This document shows positions 40,401 to 50,498 of a DNA stretch of 64,000 bases, piece by piece. The DNA comes from Hormiphora californensis (taxonomy: Eukaryota > Animalia > Ctenophora): positions 7,068,001 to 7,132,000 of the forward strand of contig CM035357.1 of NCBI GenBank assembly GCA_020137815.1, read 5' to 3'. The position numbers and the translations under genes were made by a program. Below the pieces are notes generated by a model. That model saw nothing but the letters and a program-made list of their open reading frames with translations, did not search any database and had not been told where the DNA came from. Numbering within the stretch: position 1 is the first letter of the stretch; every line of letters begins with the position of its first letter.

Positions 40401-43400
40401 GTAGATGGGGAGATGCCTGAGGAGTTTGAGGAGGTTACCATGACACCCGATGATATTCTAGATGATGATGATGATGAGGTTGTTATGGGACCTGATCAGG
40501 ATGATCCAGAGATATCTTTTGGACCAGGGGTAGATGAGTCATTTGGGTCACCAGAGCAACACCAGGCAGTTACCATGGTAACATCAGAGCAACACCAAGC
40601 ATGTAACCATGGTAACATCCAGAGCAAGCACCAGACGGTAACCTATGGTAACACCATCATCAGCAACAGTAGGGGAGGCAAAGATAGTTGAAACACAGGA
40701 AGAGGAAAGGCTGGCACTGAGTGAGGCACTGGCCGAGCTAGCTCAGGGAGGCGAGGTGAATTTGGAAAGCGTGTGTAGTAGCTTGGCAGCTAGTCTAACA
40801 GCGGCTACCACCACAACTACTCCAGCACAACCTGGTATCATTGCTGGCAGTATACCAATCAAGGTTGAGACTACCGAGGAGTGGATTTAGGGAGGTCCGA
40901 GTTTTTATAGGGACACCCTTTATTGAGTGCTCACGTTTTTAGGTCGACTAAACAGCATTGTTGATGTTGTTGTAAATGGGATGTGCACGAACAATCAAAA
41001 GACATTATGTGCTACTTGTTGCATGTTTTAGCTTCATTCGTTATGTGTGTGGGAGGGGGATATCTGCAGGGCAGGGGGTATTTATTACAGGGAGGGGAGG
41101 GAAGGTATGGGATTTACAGAGAGATAGAGGAGTGTTACAGCGGTGTGACAGATGAATGAGGGTGTGTGAGAAAGAGGGTGTGATATCTGAATGGAATAGA
41201 TTGCACGCATACTACTAACACCATTGTTTATTTATTGTTGTTTGTTCTCTCTTATTTTTACAAAAATCAGCTTTTTATTTCTATCACAATTACCGCTCCA
41301 AAAATGGGTTTCGCTCCGAGATGAGATGAATCCCCCTGATGAATCACAATGCACAAGGAATTTCCTACTTGGAGCACATCACCCAGAAGTGATGTGTCAA
41401 GTTCAATAGGGACGACTGGATTGTGGTTTCCGGGTGTTCCATGCTCTGGTGTATGGGAAGAAACTTACTGCGCGCGGGTGATATGTCGCGCGGTGTTTCT
41501 ATCCCTTGAGTCACGGCGCGCTACGTTACTGTGTAAGATCAGGGTGAGAGAGATCAGCTGACAAACGGCTTCATCTGGTACTCATCTGGTATTCATTATT
41601 CAAAACTCGGAATATGGAACATTGATGTGGGAAAAGAGTATCATTTGTTGACTCTCGAGAAAACGAGCTGGTAAGTTATTCAGGTTCGATTGAGTGATGT
41701 ATCCAATTGTTCATGATCCGACAATGCGAAATGATGTCACTTCTGCACCTCGTTAGTCTGAGTGTGACTGTACACATGAATAACATCGCCACTGTCTTTG
41801 TTATTGGTATCATGGAGTAACTTCCTTTGCTTAGGGCAAGTTGACAATTTTATATGCCTCTATAGTCTATCGCCTCTACGGCAGTTCAGATTTAACGATG
41901 AAAATATTTATGTAGTTCTTCACCCCCTCCCCCAATTAACCTTACATACAGAACTGTTCGTCTACATACTTACCAAAACTGCAGCAAAGTATCACTCACT
42001 TCCACTGCAGAATAGGGTCATCACTTCCACATCACTTACCCAACTAAGAGCCTGTTTTGAGACCACCTCTGTCTCACAGTTGACCAGGAAGAACTCCCTT
42101 CTAATACGGGATCCAATCCTCTTCAGGGGTTCAATCATTTTCCAGTGGGGCTCCGCTCGGAGCAACATGGACGTTTGTCGTAGTGCTTCTTCTGTAGAAA
42201 GGGGTGGAGATTGGCCATTGGGAGAAAAAGGGAGGGAGACAGCTGAAGTAGGGACACAGAAATAGCACGGAAGAGAAGAAATAGATAGAGGGATCGAGAG
42301 AGAAGAAAAAAAGGGAGAAAGAAAGAAAAGAAGAAGTGGGAGAATGCAGAGAAAAAAGGAGAAGTAGGATACTCTTCTGGAGATAGAGAAAAGGAGTGAT
42401 GCTTGTCTTTTGGAACACTTCCATATCAAATTTCAGTTACACTACAAACTGTTACACTGATATCTTAACACTCTCACACTTGACACAGGCTCACTTTCTC
42501 GCAGTTCCAGGGTTACAGATGTTAGAGTTAATAATATGGTTCCGTGCATTTCATAGTTACTTGAATTGAGAATCAAATTGGAACGAGAAGTTGAGAATCA
42601 AGACATGACAATAATTGTCATGTTACTAACCCTCAAGGCTAAAATCATAACCAACTGGGTCAAGAAACTTCTTTAATGCCATTGAGCTTGCAACAAGAGG
42701 TGTCTGTAACAGTACATCAATGAACACCTGTTGGAAAATAATTGATTTAGAAAATCTGGTGAGAATGAGAGAATTGTTAAATATCGTGCCATGTATCTGA
42801 AATATTGTCTTTTGAAATGCAAAGTCGCCAGTGCCCGGTTAGCTCAGTCGGTAGAGCACGAGACTCTTAATCTCGGGGTCGCGGGTTCGAGCCCCGCATC
42901 GGGCTGCCAAGAGGCTTCTTTTTTTCTCATTTTTTGCGATAATAATTTTATTTTACTGAAGTTAATTAACTAATTATAAGTTTATAATTGCAGCAGAAGT
43001 AGGCACTCGTTATTTATATTTTCTTATGAATGTTGTTGTTCCAGCTTTCTTAAATAAACATAAACCGATTTCAGCTGGTTCAGTGCCCGGTTAGCTCAGT
43101 CGGTAGAGCACGAGACTCTTAATCTCGGGGTCGCGGGTTCGAGCCCCGCATCGGGCTGCCAAGAGGCTTCTTTTTATTTGTTTCAGATATCAATTTTTGC
43201 ATGCTAGTGCACTGATAGTGACTGCATAATGACTACATAATCCAGATCCCGGGAAAGTACGCTTTCTGAATTCTGAATTTTTGTGTTCTCTAGAACTGCC
43301 AACTGGTAAACAAAAAGTATATTCAGGGGACTTAGAAAATTGGTCATGATTCATGCATGTTGATTGTTAGATCTCAGTCTACCATTGCAAAAATTGATAT

Positions 43401-44489
43401 CTGAAACAAATAAAAAGAAGCCTCTTGGCAGCCCGATGCGGGGCTCGAACCCGCGACCCCGAGATTAAGAGTCTCGTGCTCTACCGACTGAGCTAACCGG
43501 GCACTTGCACCAGGTGAAATCGGTTTCTTTTTATTTAAGAATTCTGGAACAAACACCTTTATAACAAAATGTAATATCTTTCTACACTTGCTTACACATA
43601 TGATATTTCATAAGCTAAAGATTTAAACCAAGGTGATACAATAGTTACTTCACTGCCACATACTTTTCTCAAACTAAATGAAACTTTACTACAACATTTG
43701 TCAGCTAAGTGGGTAGTGTGCTAACTTCCTGGTACTAAGAAAGTACAGAATTGAACCAAACTGAAACCTCCCAGTGCCCGGTTAGCTCAGTCGGTAGAGC
43801 ACGAGACTCTTAATCTCGGGGTCGCGGGTTCGAGCCCCGCATCGGGCTGCCATGTGGCTTACTTTTTGAACTACACTGGTCACACGTTTTGCTCGAGCTC
43901 ATAATCTGAATCAGAATCAACAGAAATATGATACACGTGTATTGTATCAGTTTGCAAGTATCAGTTACACCTGATGCGTGTGTGTCTGTGTGTTTTACCT
44001 GTAATGCCTTACGTCGTTCCTCTACAAAGGCCCTATTCATGTTACCAAACACTTTCTTCTTCGGAAACGGTGCATCACTCAATCCCCAAGACTGAAAAAT
44101 AAAAAGTTTCTTACTACTAAATCGAATAAATGATAAATCAATTGTTCTATACTGAATCGTAGAATGTAACTCCACTAAACCTGAATAAGAGAGTTGAGAG
44201 CTGCAAAGTCGCTGTATCGATGGGTTATAGTCCAACTCGCATCACTGTTACACCCTCGATATACCGTGATGTCGTACGTCTAGTGGAAGAAGGCAGTCAA
44301 TAAATAGGGTGAGATGACTACGTTAAATGTGAATGATGTGTGTATCCAGGGCGTTACAGTTACACGACGATGAATTTATTGGAGAAGGGAATATCTTACA
44401 GCATAGTTTCCTGTAATATCAGCGGAAGATATGGTTGCTACAAGTGGAATCGTATCATCTACTAACTTCTTCTCTCTTCCCTCCTCCAT
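27094..44489 (-). CDS. PXK: PX-domain-containing pseudokinase, 14 exons (44400-44489, 44181-44279, 43999-44091, 42631-42727, 42040-42191, 35258-35351, 34720-34848, 34475-34609, 33761-33852, 33493-33610, 32938-33016, 32049-32175, 27214-27393, 27094-27126), about 505 aa
   Basis: All introns GT-AG and phase-consistent. Translation LVDDTIPL / HRYSDF / FPKKKVFGNMNRAFVEERRKALQ / KKFLDP / EPLKRIGSRIRR / HPYI / FPYGHLHSGNVM / ENFILGVPS / DVYDFGLILYEM is colinear with PXK. The last exon is least certain. Confidence 0.92.
27760..28145. promoter_or_regulatory. Promoter/enhancer-like E-box and CCAAT cluster in PXK intron 12
   Basis: Nine CACGTG sites (two as GTCACGTGAC) and a duplicated gtggcgggccaatcagaagcca motif. 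Confidence 0.5.
28861..30162. mobile_element. Non-autonomous hAT-type DNA transposon (1302 bp)
   Basis: 15-bp TIR CAGGAA(A/G)CGACCGAA, 8-bp TSD ccggtttt (28853-28860, 30163-30170), subterminal (CCGAA)n arrays, internal inverted and tandem duplications, no transposase ORF. Confidence 0.88.
31801..31950. mobile_element. MITE, about 150 bp (second copy at 51657-51805)
   Basis: TIRs tccattttt..tcaactgttcaccc / gggtgaacagttgaaaaaaaatgga; internal sequence shared in inverted orientation with the 51.7-kb copy. Confidence 0.8.
34845..35090. repeat. 93-bp tandem repeat (about 2.5 units) at the PXK exon-7 acceptor
   Basis: gatttagg recurs at 34858, 34951 and 35044. Confidence 0.9.
36470..36610 (+). 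promoter_or_regulatory. Candidate promoter of the nested ETS gene
   Basis: GTCACGTGAC at 36512 and 36554 and three ATTGG (reverse CCAAT) boxes, about 1.3 kb upstream of the ETS ATG. Confidence 0.45.
37873..40890 (+). CDS. ETS-family transcription factor (PEA3/ETV-like domain), 8 exons, nested antisense in PXK intron 5
   Basis: IQLWQFMLELL...SWTGRGLEF...ARLWG.RK..P.MNFDKLSRALRYYYEK...RLVYTF is an ETS domain; upstream Pro/Thr-rich exons joined by GT-AG introns. Apparent frameshifts near 38173 and 40598-40645. Confidence 0.9.
42833..42905 (+). tRNA. tRNA-Lys: tRNA-Lys(CTT)
   Basis: Full cloverleaf, anticodon loop CTCTTAA, A/B boxes, downstream T-run. Confidence 0.95.
43085..43157 (+). tRNA. 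tRNA-Lys: tRNA-Lys(CTT)
   Basis: Identical 73-nt sequence, T-run downstream. Confidence 0.95.
43430..43502 (-). tRNA. tRNA-Lys: tRNA-Lys(CTT)
   Basis: Reverse complement of the same 73-nt sequence. Confidence 0.95.
43776..43848 (+). tRNA. tRNA-Lys: tRNA-Lys(CTT)
   Basis: Identical 73-nt sequence followed by tttttt. Confidence 0.95.
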
Positions 44490-45127
44490 AGAACTCTATA
44501 GCGGAAGACAAAATTTGTTAAACTAACGTGTTGGGCAAAAAAAATGTCCCCCCCTAGACTAGCATAGTTCCAGATATCGTAGAGCTCTAAAATTTTACAC
44601 AGTTACTCTATGGGACAAATAAATAAGTTCCACAAAATTTCAGACTTTTAGCTCAAAGTTCATTTTTTTGATCGGAATGAACATTGTTATTCAGGCAGGT
44701 GCACAGTTGCTCGACAGTCTATTTCTGGCTGCTATTTCTGGCTGCTATTTCTGGCTGCTATTTCTGGCTGCTAGACCTATTTCTGGCTGCAAGACCTATT
44801 TCTGGCTGCTAGACCTATTTCTGGCTGCAAGCAGCCAGAAATAGCAGCCAGAAATAGGGTCCCCTAGCTCCCAACTTGAAATTTACGCCATCGAATATGT
44901 GTTATCACACCCATTGCGTCAAATCACCGATAAACTGATCTCATATCACGCTGTGTAATATGTCGGGATAGCATAACCGATAAACAGATCTCTTATCGTG
45001 TAACTTTTCATGCCTCGTGTCACAAACAAGGTGGGTGGGACCCATTATGACAATCCATTATAAAAGGCCAAATTTTTGACGTCAAGGCATCGCAATCAAT
45101 TATGCCGCCACCGGACAGTTCCTATTA

Positions 45128-46125
45128 GTTAGGGGAAATTAGCTTTAAACTAGGGAAAAATTTGTAACAAGCTAATTCCTTCACCAATTGGTCCCTATGG
45201 GTCCCTAGAATCACCAAAAAAAAATCACAAAAAATCCGCGATGGCTAAGTTGGGTTTTTGGACCACGCCCTTTTACCTGTATTTTCAGTCATGTGGTCAA
45301 AAATCTAAATTCTCTTAGAATAGGAGTAAAGAAGAAAATAAGGGCACTAAATTGTGTAGCGTCCTCGCATTAGTGGGGGTAGACGCCCATGAAAAGTCTC
45401 TATCTCATTTGGTTAATTAGATAATTGGATAATTAGATCTGCGCATAGCCGTTTTTGGCCATACGGCTATAGCCACTTAGGAATGGTTTAGAGACTTTTC
45501 ACTGGCGCCATTTTGTAGACAATGGCCAAGTTATGGGGGGTCGATGTCGGACTTTTAAGCTCTATCTCCAACCGTTTAGCCGATATTTGGCTTCAAAGGT
45601 GCTCAAAATGAGCAAAAAACGGTAAAAAGCCCAATTTTGAGCACCTTTGAAGCCAAATATCGGCTAAACGGTTGGAGATAGAGCTTAAAAGTCCGACATC
45701 GACCCCCCATAACTTGGCCATTGTCTACCAAATGGCGCCAGTGAAAAGTCTCTAAACCATTCCTAAGTGGCTATAGCCGTATGGCCAAAAACGGCTATGC
45801 GCAGATCTAATTATCCAATTATCTAATTAACCAAATGAGATAGAGACTTTTCATGGGCGTCTACCCCCACTAATGCGAGGACGCTACACAATTTAGTGCC
45901 CTTATTTTCTTCTTTACTCCTATTCTAAGAGAATTTAGATTTTTGACCACATGACTGAAAATACAGGTAAAAGGGCGTGGTCCAAAAACCCAACTTAGCC
46001 ATCGCGGATTTTTTGTGATTTTTTTTTGGTGATTCTAGGGACCCATAGGGACCAATTGGTGAAGGAATTAGCTTGTTACAAATTTTTCCCTAGTTTCGGC
46101 CCTTATTTAGCTAATTTCCCCTAAC
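45128..46125. mobile_element. Foldback element, near-perfect 1-kb palindrome, TA-flanked
   Basis: gttaggggaaattagc ... gctaatttcccctaac; arms of about 480 bp meet at a short loop near 45610-45634. Confidence 0.85.
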
Positions 46126-46127
46126 TA

Positions 46128-47330
46128 CAGGGTGTCCCACTGTCTTTGCATCACCTGCGATTTTGGGTCATGACCGGGCTCCATTAAACTAACCAAAACT
46201 GATCGAAAAATCGGTCAAAATGGTTCTAACAAAAACCAGTGTTCTAGAGAATTGTCTGGCAAACATTTTGGTTGCAAGATTGACTTTCCAAGTCTTACCA
46301 ATCGTCAGATATATCGTCGTAAAGTCAAAATTACGTGTTCATGAAATCCGACCGGGGTTCACGTTTTGAAAAATTCACAAGTGCAAAGTTGCTCGGATCA
46401 CATTGCATCCCTTATAAGAGTTGTAGGAAATTGTATGGCGGTCATTTTGGTACCCGGGTTTTTATCCTAGCTCAATGTTTAGAATGTCTTATGACTGTCA
46501 GAACTGGAATTTTCCCAAAAGTGGTTTCAGGTATCGCATTGCATTTTGCCCTGTTATGAAGCTCTTAGCTGCTTGAATAACATCTTAGTGCATGATAGGG
46601 TTGAGATAGACCACTTGCGTATCCTACACATTAACAGGGGCCTTGCCAAATCGTCATAACAACCCTGTCAAGTGTCTAGATGAAATTGAGACGATATGTG
46701 CTGATTATCATGGGATTACACACGACACCGAGCTACCTAATTAGGGGTTGTGAGCCGATACCAACTAAAACTCAGCATAGAAAAATCTTCATGTTCCTAC
46801 AGTCATAACGCAACTTAAACGTAGAGCTATGGGAAAAACCATGGTATCAAGATGAACCTTAGACGATTCCAATGAAGCTCTTCTAAATTTCAAATAATTT
46901 TACCCATTTGTTGATGACACGTGATCCCCTCAAAAATGCTGATTGAATTTCGTCTTTAGACAGTCGTAAGACACTCTAAACATTGAGTTAGGACAAAAAC
47001 CCGGGTACCAAAATAACCGCCAGACAATTTCCTACAACTCTTATGAGGGATGCAATGTGATCCGAGCAACTTTGCACTTGTGAATTTTTCAAAACGTGAA
47101 CCCCGGTCGGATTTCATGAACACGTAATTTTGACTTTACGACGATATATCTGACGATTGGTAAGACTTGGAAAGTCAATCTTGCAACCAAAATGTTCGCC
47201 AGACAATTCTCTAGAACACTGGTTTTTGTTAGAACCATTTTGACCAATTTTTCTATCAGTTTTGGTTAGTTTAATGGAGCCCGGTCATGACCCAAAATCG
47301 CAGGTGATGCAAAGACAGTGGGACACCCTG
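46128..47330. mobile_element. Tc1/mariner-type MITE with long TIRs
   Basis: TA-cagggtgtcccac ... gtgggacaccctg-TA; TIRs about 370 bp; no ORF. Confidence 0.88.
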
Positions 47331-48878
47331 TATATACCTTCTCTCCCACGAAACGACAAAACCACGAACACTCCTTGATCGGGGACAACATCGAGGAGGA
47401 GCCTCGACATTTGCTCCCTCTGTATGGAGGGAAGACACCAGCTTCAGGCCTGCCCTCTGAACAGGCCCACATCTCCGCTCCGGATCCTGCGGCGTTTCAA
47501 CCTGTGTGCCTGCCGGAAGGTATCGAGGACCGTAAACCTGGATCCGAATACGCACCATAGTGGACCAGTTCCTATGCGACCACCATCTTCCTCGCCAACA
47601 CGTGCAGCAGCAGCGCCCGAATGAGGACAACACCATACTCGATCTGCAACTAATTTGGCAGGTCCCGTATCCCATACCCAATTCGTTGCAGATACCGAAT
47701 CATTTCACCGATTCGTCTCCCGTATCCCATGATACCCAATTAGTTGCAGATACCGAATTACTTCACTGATTCGTCTCTCGTATCCCATACAGAGATAGAG
47801 AAATCACGTGAGAGAAACCCTATTTCTGGCTGCTAAAATCTATTTCTGGCTGCTATTTCTGGCTGCTCGCAGCCAGAAATAGGTCTAGCAGCCAGAAATA
47901 GGTCTTGCAGCCAGAAATAGGTCTTGCAGCCAGAAATAGCAGCCAGAAATAGCAGCCAGAAATAGCAGCCAGAAATAGACTGTCGAGCAACTGTGCACCT
48001 GCCGTTATTCATGAAAAAAAACATGATTTTTCGGTCCAGAAGCCAAGCAATTGTCTTTGGCTCTCGATTTTCTTTCAAATGCGACCAAGAAAAGCCAAAA
48101 CGGACAACCACAAGGCACACAGTGGTCAGTTAGCCAGGTCATGTGATCCCCACCGAATCGTGAGTTGCTAATCAGGCTTAGTGGGGAAGAATCACAGTCG
48201 CTAATGAGGGATGTGTATCGAAAAAGCGACATGTGGTTCGGCATCACTTGGGTAGAGGCCACTTGTTAATGAGCTTCGGATCTCATCACCAATAGTCATC
48301 GTCATCCCTCATTAGCAGCTGTGATACGTGATTCTCTACCACTAAGCATGATTAGCAATTCTGAATAAATTACACGATTCGGTGGGGATCACATGACCTG
48401 ACTAACTGTCAGAAACATGACCACTGTGTGCCTTGTGGTTGTCCGTTTTGGCTTTTCTTGGTCGCATTTGAAAGAAAATCGAGAGCCAAAGACAATTGCT
48501 TGGCTTATGGACCGAAAAATCATGTTTTTTGGAATGAATAAAAATGTTCATTCCGATCAAAAAAATGAACTTTGAGCTAAAAGTCTGAAATTTTGTGGAA
48601 CTTATTTATTTGTCCCATAGAGTAACTGTGCAAAATTTTAGAGCTCTACGATATCTGGAACTATGCTAGTCTAGGGGGGACATTTTTTTGCCCAACACGT
48701 TAGTAAAATTAATATTTTGCCTACTGACTTGCTCCTATAAAGGGACAGTTCTTCATGTTGCCTTGTTGGAGGGTAAAGATCGGTTCATCAGGAGGGGGCA
48801 GGTACCCTTTAAAAAGGGGCCCTAACCAACCAATATTATACGCAGCTCAATTCCTTGCTCAACTACAACTACACCGCT

Positions 48879-49568
48879 ATGAAACTGATTCTGTGCACCT
48901 TCGCTCTTCTGCTCTTCGCCCTGCCAGCCGAAGGTAAGAGCCATTTATACTTTATATCCCGGGTCCGACTGTTAAAATACATGGTAGGTACATACAATAA
49001 AGGGCGCCGTTACGATCTGGGTGTTTCGTGGCCTGTTTACAGGTGCACGCTGCCAAAAAAATTGATTCAGTTTCACTAAAATAGCCAAACCACTCTTAAA
49101 ACCGTTTTGGATAAAACAAAGTTTATTTGGTAGGAAATGCCAAGGCCTAACCCCAACCCTAACCCCAACCCTAACCCTAACCCTAACCCTAACCCTAACC
49201 CTACTTCAGCCCTAACCCTAAAAAACCGTTTGTCAGCACTCACGAAACACCCAGATTTTAACGCTGGCCTACAATAAAGGCCGCGAGGGTTACAGGATTA
49301 ATATTATTAATATCCTCTTTTAGTGAAACTTATCCGGTAAATCGAGGTTCCGCTGTAAATAAGGAATTAATGGGTACCCAATTAATTACCTCCTCTCATC
49401 TCAGGGAGTGATGGATGTTATAATGGTCGTTGCTGGAAATGGTGTGAAGGTTGGGGTCAATGGTGCTACCAAAAGGGCAACTGGGCAGGGGGATATGTTC
49501 AATGTAAAAGTGACAGCGGATGCAATGGTATTCACACCGCGTGCAACCATGCAGGTTGTGGTTGGTAA
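48879..49568 (+). CDS. Small secreted Cys/Trp/Gly-rich peptide, 72 aa, 2 exons (48879-48933, 49405-49568)
   Basis: Signal peptide MKLILCTFALLLFALPAEG, phase-1 GTAAG...ctcatctcAG intron, mature region SDGCYNGRCWKWCEGWGQWCYQKGNWAGGYVQCKSDSGCNGIHTACNHAGCGW. Confidence 0.85.
49003..49269. mobile_element. 267-bp MITE (Mutator-like TSD) carrying (CCCTAA)n repeats
   Basis: Imperfect TIR ggc..cgtta..atctgggtgtttcgtg; TSD tacaataaag at 48993-49002 and 49270-49279; CCCTAA/CCCCAA array at about 49146-49221. Confidence 0.8.
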
Positions 49569-49893
49569 ATGAAGGGTTATTTCGTAACCAAGGTTGTGGG
49601 ATATTTGAGACGGAATCAATTAATTGATCTGTGGATAAGTAATTGGTCTGTAATTGGTCTATTGGAACTTTTTTCATTGGATTGTACGGGCTAAGACGCC
49701 TAGTGTGATTTAGAAATATTTTTTTGTTAAAATTGTGAGAATTGGATAGAATTTTTTATAGCAAATAATTAGTTTTACTGATTCTCCTTGATTTATTCAT
49801 TTCACACAGACATTTAGCATTGATCCACCGTGTCACCTATCACATTTACCCATTCACCTACTGGTTTGCAGCAAACTTTGCTCTTATATGTAA

Positions 49894-50498
49894 CTAGCGC
49901 ACCCACCGGGTGCGCCTCAATGTAAGGGGTTTTGACAACCCAACCGGCGGAGCCGGGTTGTCCTCTTTATTTACACTGCTGACACCAATTTTATGGTTGC
50001 CATGGCAACTGATTGGGTCATTATGGTAACTGAGTTACTAAAAGGTCTTTGAAAATAACCATAAACTCCCAAAAGTGTGAATAACAGCTTTACAGCTTTC
50101 GTCATATAAAGAGCTTTATGAAGGAGCAGACTGTCGCTTAGGTACCGCTTAACGAACGTCGAACGGCCACCACGACGTTCATCTCCAACTTATAATAGAG
50201 ACTAGCGCACCCATTGGGTGCGCTCAAGTAAGGGCTTTTTGATAACCCACCCGGCTTCGCCTGGTGGTTCTTTTCGCCCCTTTCACGGTTGCCATGGCAA
50301 CTGAATTGGTAACTATGGGGACTGGCATGTTAAAAGGCATTCGAAAATATTAATAAACTTCCAGCGGAAGTTCCAAAACTGTGAGTAACAGCTTTACAGC
50401 TTTGGGCACATAGAGTGTTTTATGAAGGAGCAGTTTGTCGCTTAGATACCGCTTAACGAACGACTTCGACGACGTTCATCTCCAAATTATAATAGAGA
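49894..50498 (-). mobile_element. Two head-to-tail non-autonomous Helitrons (50202-50498 and 49894-50201)
   Basis: On the minus strand each starts TC and ends CTAG with a GC hairpin (gcgcaccc-NNN-gggtgcgc) at the 3' end; the pair lies between A and T with no TSD. Confidence 0.82.

Larger units (their letters stand above)
44694..48003. mobile_element. Non-autonomous TIR element with 8-bp TSD (Merlin-like) nested in the outer MITE
   Basis: TIR ggcaggtgcacagttgctcgacagt followed by ctatttctggctg arrays at both ends; TSD gttattca at 44686-44693 and 48004-48011. Superfamily inferred from GG termini plus 8-bp TSD. Confidence 0.82.
44526..48700. mobile_element. Outer palindromic MITE (about 860 bp when the insertion is removed; 44526-44693 plus 48012-48700), TA-flanked
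   Basis: acgtgttgggcaaaa...gaatgaaca inverted at 48545-48700; the inverted symmetry continues through 48012-48540 once the inner element is excised. Confidence 0.85.

Noticed and set aside
41268-41445. Minus-strand frame VPIELDTSLLGDVLQVGNSLCIVIHQGD... faintly like a Cu/Zn SOD C-terminus
   Set aside because: No start or compatible upstream exons could be assembled; the similarity is too weak.
42791-44235. ORFs containing ARLAQSVEHETLNL or MRGSNPRP
   Set aside because: Translations through tRNA-Lys genes; only the PXK exon portion is coding.
44716-44860. Regular short repeats (ctatttctggctg; also the CCGAA arrays at 28.9 and 30.1 kb) resembling a CRISPR array
   Set aside because: No unique spacers, eukaryotic context, and they are subterminal repeats of TIR elements.
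47271-47769. Overlapping ORFs inside the Merlin-like element
   Set aside because: No recognisable transposase or DDE motif.
49146-49221. Chromosome end or fusion scar suggested by CCCTAA repeats
   Set aside because: A short, degenerate tract enclosed by TIRs and a TSD inside an intron.
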